Of a DNA stretch of 64,000 nt, positions 59,891-64,000 are shown in pieces. The notes beneath the pieces were generated by a model. That model did no database searches and was not told the origin of the DNA. It saw only the letters and a list, made by a program, of their open reading frames with translations. Source of the stretch: Terriglobia bacterium (GTDB lineage Bacteria > Acidobacteriota > Polarisedimenticolia > Polarisedimenticolales > JAIQFR01). A program made the translations under genes and the position numbers. The stretch is from NCBI GenBank assembly GCA_963748015.1, contig CAVVHE010000009.1:128001-192000 (forward strand). The letters run 5' to 3'. Position 1 is the first letter of the stretch. The number at the start of each line of letters is the position of its first letter.

Positions 59891-62194
59891 TCAAGGGGCC
59901 GGCTCGTCGAACGCGGTGACGGCGTTCTGCATGAGCCGCATTTCCGCGAGCGAGAGCAGGAAGGCCAGCGTCGATTCCGCGCCCTGGTTCTCGTTGACCC
60001 GGTCCACGTGCAAGCGCGTCGCGGCAGCCGCCGGTGCTCGGAGGAGTAGAGCTCCAGGCCGAGATCGTTCCAGCCGAGGAACCAGTCGAAGGCGCGCTGG
60101 GCCTGCTCGTACCACCACGGGTCCGAGGTGGCGCGGTACGCCTCGAGGCAGGCCGACACCATCGCCTGCGCCTCGATGGGCTGCTGGTCGAAGCGCGCGC
60201 GCGGGCCCGCCGCGCCGGTAGAACCCGTTGCTGCCGATGGGCCGGAAGTGGCCGTTCTCGGAGGTCTGCACCTCCACCAGCCAGCGCAGCGCTGCAGGCC
60301 GCGCTCGAACACCGGCGCGTTGCCCGTGGCGCGCCCGCTCAGGATCAGGGCGTGCGCGAGCTTGGCGTTGTCGTAGGACAGCACCTCCTCGAACCAGGGC
60401 CAGTCCGGCTGCGCGGTCCGGTCGAAGAGCTCCATGAGCCGCGCGGTGAGCGAGTCGCGGATCTGGTGGACCGCGCGGTCGCCGCTCAGCCGGCGCAGGT
60501 ACTCGTGGATGCCGAGGAGGCCGAACGCCCAGGCGCGCGGCGAGGTGAATTCCGTCACCGCCGGCAGCGCCTGCGCGAAGAGCTGTCCGGCCATGATCTG
60601 GAAGCTCCGGTAGCGGCGAGCGCCCCACGCCCAGGCCCAGCGCCCAGAGCGCCCGGCCGTGGCAGTCCTCCGAGCCCTGCTCGTCCAGCCAGCGGCGGTC
60701 GAAGCTCAGGTGATTGTGGAAGCGCTTCGTGTCGGGATCGAAGGCGTGATTCAGAAACGCCGCGTAGGTGGTGGCCAGCGTCCGCACGCGCTCGCGGTTC
60801 CTCCTCCAGCTCGTCGAGCAGCACCGCCAGGATGAAGGCGCGGGCGTTGTCGTCCGTGCAGTAGCCTTCGGCGAAATTCGGCACGGTGAGAATCGGCGTG
60901 CTGGAAGATGCCGGTCGAATCGGTCATCCGCGAGAGATGGTCCAGCTTCAGCTCCGGCAGCTCGCCGCGGCTGCTGGTCGAGCGTCTTCGTCGGCGAAGG
61001 ACTTGCGCGACAGCGCCGCGCCCTCGAGCCGCGCCTGCTCGAAGGAGCGCATGTAGAGCCGCGCCACGTTGCTCCAGACCATCTCGCGGCCCAGCTTGTA
61101 GGCGTTCTTGCGCATGGCGTGCCGGCGGGTGTCGTCGCGCAGCAAGCCGATCACCGCGCGCGCGATGGCCTCGGCGTCGCCGAACGGCACGAGCACGCCG
61201 CGGTCGTCCGCCAGCAGCTCCGCCGCGTGCCAGTAGGGCGTCGAGACCACCGCCTTGCCCGCGCCGAACGCGTAGGCCAGCGTGCCCGGAGGTGATCTGC
61301 GCCTCGTTCAGATACGGCGTGATGTAGAGGTCCGCCGCGCCGATGAACTCCTTCAGCTCCTCGAGCTCGACGAAGCGGTTGTAGAAGATGACGCTGCTGT
61401 CGACCTTGTTCTTCTTGGCCAGCCGCTCCAGGCTGAGCCGGTAGGCCTCGCCCTGCTCGCGCAGCTCGTTCGGGATGCGTGGCGCCCAGCGACGATGTAG
61501 ACGACGTCGGGGAACTCCGCGAGGATCGCGCGGCAGCGCGTTCAGCACGTGCTCGATGCCCTTGTTCGGGGAGAGCAGGCCGAACGTGAGCAGCACCATC
61601 CTTCCTTCCACGCCGAACTGGTCCTTGTAGTAGTTCGGGTCGACGAACGGCATGTCGGGAATGCCGTGCGGGATGAGATCGATCTTGGCCGGCGGCGCCT
61701 GGTAGATCTCCTGCAGCATCTGCCGTCCGCGCTCGGCCATGACCACCAGCCGCGTCGAGCGCGCGATCAGCTCCTGCATCACGCGCCGCTGGTCGGCGTT
61801 CGGCTCGCGCAGGACCGTGTGCAGCGTGGTGACGACCGGCATGCGCAGCTCGCGCAGCAGCGCCAGCAGGTGGCTGCCGGCCGGGCCCGCCGTAGATGCC
61901 GAACTCGTGCTGCACGCAGACGATGTCCACGTTGCTGATGTTGAGGAAGTCCGCCGCGCGCTGGTAGGACGGCAGGTCCTGCTCCTCGATCTCGAAGCGC
62001 ACCACGTCCGGATAGTCGTAGCCGCCCTCGATGTCGTTGACCGGCACCGCGAAGCACTGGCTTCGGGGATGCTCCGCCGCCACGGCGGCAAGCAGGTCGG
62101 ACGTGAACGTGGCGATGCCGCACTTGCGCGGCAGGTAATCGCCGAGGAACGCGATCCGCCGGATCTCGGAGCTCTTCGTTATGGGCTCGTTCAC
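59891..62194 (-). pseudogene. GT4 glycosyltransferase with C-terminal helical domain, multiply frameshifted
   Basis: Fragments PRKCGIATF, QHEFGIYGG, LLSPNKG, DDNARA, LSYDNA, NQGAESTL spread over frames. Confidence 0.75.
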
Positions 62195-62344
62195 AAACTA
62201 CCAGTGTCGCCGAGCTTCGTTCCGGAAGCAAGGGGAAACTCGTCCCCGACGCGGCGGAACGCGGCGCGGCACCTGTCGTGGAGGACGCCGGCTTTCATTC
62301 GGGTAGCTCGTCCGTTGCCGGCCGTTCGGACGGGCGGAGGACGA

Positions 62345-62584
62345 TCAGGCTCCCTCCATCCACCCGACCGGCCGCCACTCGGCGGAGTAGAGCCGCCCGC
62401 TGGACGGCTCATAGACCAGATGGGTTTCGCTTCTCAGGGTGGCTACCAGGGCGCCGAGAGCAGCGGCGTCCCTTACCGTGATCTCGTGTTGCGCTCCGCC
62501 CTCGTCCCGGAGAACGACCGCGCCTCCGACGATGCGTGCATCCCAGATCACCTTGTAGTGCGTCACTCGAACGGCGTCGCTCAT
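62345..62584 (-). CDS. Small hypothetical protein
   Basis: GGAGG RBS; protein-like 79-aa ORF. Confidence 0.5.
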   Translation of the reverse strand: MSDAVRVTHYKVIWDARIVGGAVVLRDEGGAQHEITVRDAAALGALVATLRSETHLVYEPSSGRLYSAEWRPVGWMEGA

Positions 62585-62849
62585 GGCGACCCTCCCAGAC
62601 AAGAACGCAAGGTTAACGCCATTCTACCCGCGCGTGCGTTTCGATACAACGAGCGAAACGGTGCCGCGGCGGCCTCCGTACGCCGGCGTCGATCGTAGGC
62701 ACCACTGACGCGGGTACCTCTTGCGCTGGCGGCACGTGGCGGCGCATAGTGTCCCGAAATCCCCGGGAACGGGCGTTCGGGTCGCCGACGCCGAGATCTC
62801 GAGAAAGATGTTCGAGCCGGCGAGGTCCGGCCATCGGAAGGAGGCTGGC

Positions 62850-63608
62850 ATGTTTGGCGCGGAATTGCCGATCGGGCTGCTCGTCGCGCTGTTCGTCGTC
62901 GTCCTGATCCTCGCGAACTCCGTCAAGATTCTCCCGGAGTACGAGCGGGGGGTCGTGTTCCGCCTCGGGCGCCTCCGCCCGATGGACTACGGTCCGGGAC
63001 TGTTCTTCCTGATCCCGGTCGCGGACCGGATGATCCGGGTCTCGCTCCGCACCGTGGTCCACGACGTGCCGCCCCAGGACATCATCACGCGGGACAACGT
63101 CTCGGTGAAGGTGAACGCGGTGGTCTACTTCCGGGTGATGAGCCCCCGGAAGGCGGTGGTGGACGTGGAGAACTACCACTACGCCACCAGCCAGCTCTCG
63201 CAGACGACGCTCCGCTCGGTGCTGGGGCAGGCGGACCTCGACGGGCTGCTTTCCGAACGAGAGAAGCTCAACCAGCAGCTCCAGGTGATCCTGGACAAGC
63301 ACACCGACCCGTGGGGGATCAAGGTCTCCGCCGTGGAGGTCAAGCACGTCGACCTTCCGGTGGAGATGCAGCGCGCCATGGCCAAGCAGGCCGAGGCCGA
63401 GCGGGAGAAGCGCGCGAAGATCATCCACGCCGAAGGGGAGTTCCTGGCGGCGACCAACCTCGCGAAGGCCGCGGCCGAGGTGGGCAAGCACCCGATCACG
63501 CTGCAGCTCAGGTATCTCCAGACGCTCACCGAGATCGCCGCGGAGAAGAACTCGACCATCGTCTTCCCGCTGCCCATCGATCTGATCAAGGGGTTCCTCG
63601 ACAAGTAG
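62850..63608 (+). CDS. SPFH/stomatin-like (slipin) protein
   Basis: [44 protein letters not shown]. Confidence 0.93.
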   Translation: MFGAELPIGLLVALFVVVLILANSVKILPEYERGVVFRLGRLRPMDYGPGLFFLIPVADRMIRVSLRTVVHDVPPQDIITRDNVSVKVNAVVYFRVMSPRKAVVDVENYHYATSQLSQTTLRSVLGQADLDGLLSEREKLNQQLQVILDKHTDPWGIKVSAVEVKHVDLPVEMQRAMAKQAEAEREKRAKIIHAEGEFLAATNLAKAAAEVGKHPITLQLRYLQTLTEIAAEKNSTIVFPLPIDLIKGFLDK

Positions 63609-63758
63609 CCTGGGCGGCCGGGATTGTCGGGAATGCAGGCTGTTGTAGTATGGTGCGGCCGACCATTGGGTCCGCTGCGGTCCGCCCGAACGGGGCCGGA
63701 CGCGCAGATCCGGGCCCGGGACGCAGTCGATCTTGGGTTCACAAAGGAGACGAACGAG

Positions 63759-64000
63759 ATGAGAATCGGAAGAACCATGGCGCTGGTTTTCGCGATCGCG
63801 CTGATCGCCGGCTTCGGGACCGCCGCTTTCGCGCAGGTCCAGCACGAGATCGCCATCACGCGGACGGAGATCCAGGCCGAACGGCAGGCGATCGTGGCCG
63901 ACAACCTCCCGCTTTCCGAGGAACAGGCCAAGGCGTTTTGGCCCCTTTACCGGGAGTACAGGGGCGCCTTGGCGAAGGCGGGCGACCGCAGCGTCGCCAT
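63759..64000 (+). CDS. Exported hypothetical protein (runs off the window end)
   Basis: AAGGAG RBS; signal peptide; L.LSEEQAKAFWPLY. Confidence 0.65.
   Translation, partial: MRIGRTMALVFAIALIAGFGTAAFAQVQHEIAITRTEIQAERQAIVADNLPLSEEQAKAFWPLYREYRGALAKAGDRSVA

Overview
High-GC bacterial chromosomal window; gene content suggests Acidobacteriota (inference only). Core-like genes occupy 1-9.9 kb: rpoD 3' part, CRP/FNR regulator, BON protein, wrbA, peptidases and an ABC-2 exporter. A tRNA with CAT anticodon (probably Ile2) follows at 9968-10041. Downstream of it lies a ~26.5 kb array (to ~36.5 kb) of gene cassettes separated by repeated att-like junctions. The most complete junctions have tandem 11-bp arm-type repeats, a conserved ~95-bp left arm, a copy of the tRNA 3' half starting exactly at the 7-nt anticodon loop, and a right arm holding a symmetric core-like site with a variable 7-nt spacer plus inverted arm repeats. 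Others keep only part of this. No integrase is visible in the window. Three junction cores carry a structured ~80-nt insertion in the T-loop (one truncated). Cargo is largely defence/stress-like: Fic, DUF2075-type helicase, AAA-DUF4143, AbiE-like TA, and an XRE + IrrE/ImmA-type protease pair divergent from an SF2 helicase + DUF932-like operon. A MacAB-like exporter with a sigma54 two-component system and lipoproteins are also carried. The right part holds rubrerythrin, an M16 peptidase pair, a Cys-less PurF, a cyclophilin, an Ehr (hydrogenase-4-related) complex, a glyoxylate shunt (long ICL2-type aceA + aceB), a heavily frameshifted GT4/GH130 pair and an SPFH gene. All calls are from reading the sequence; no searches were run.
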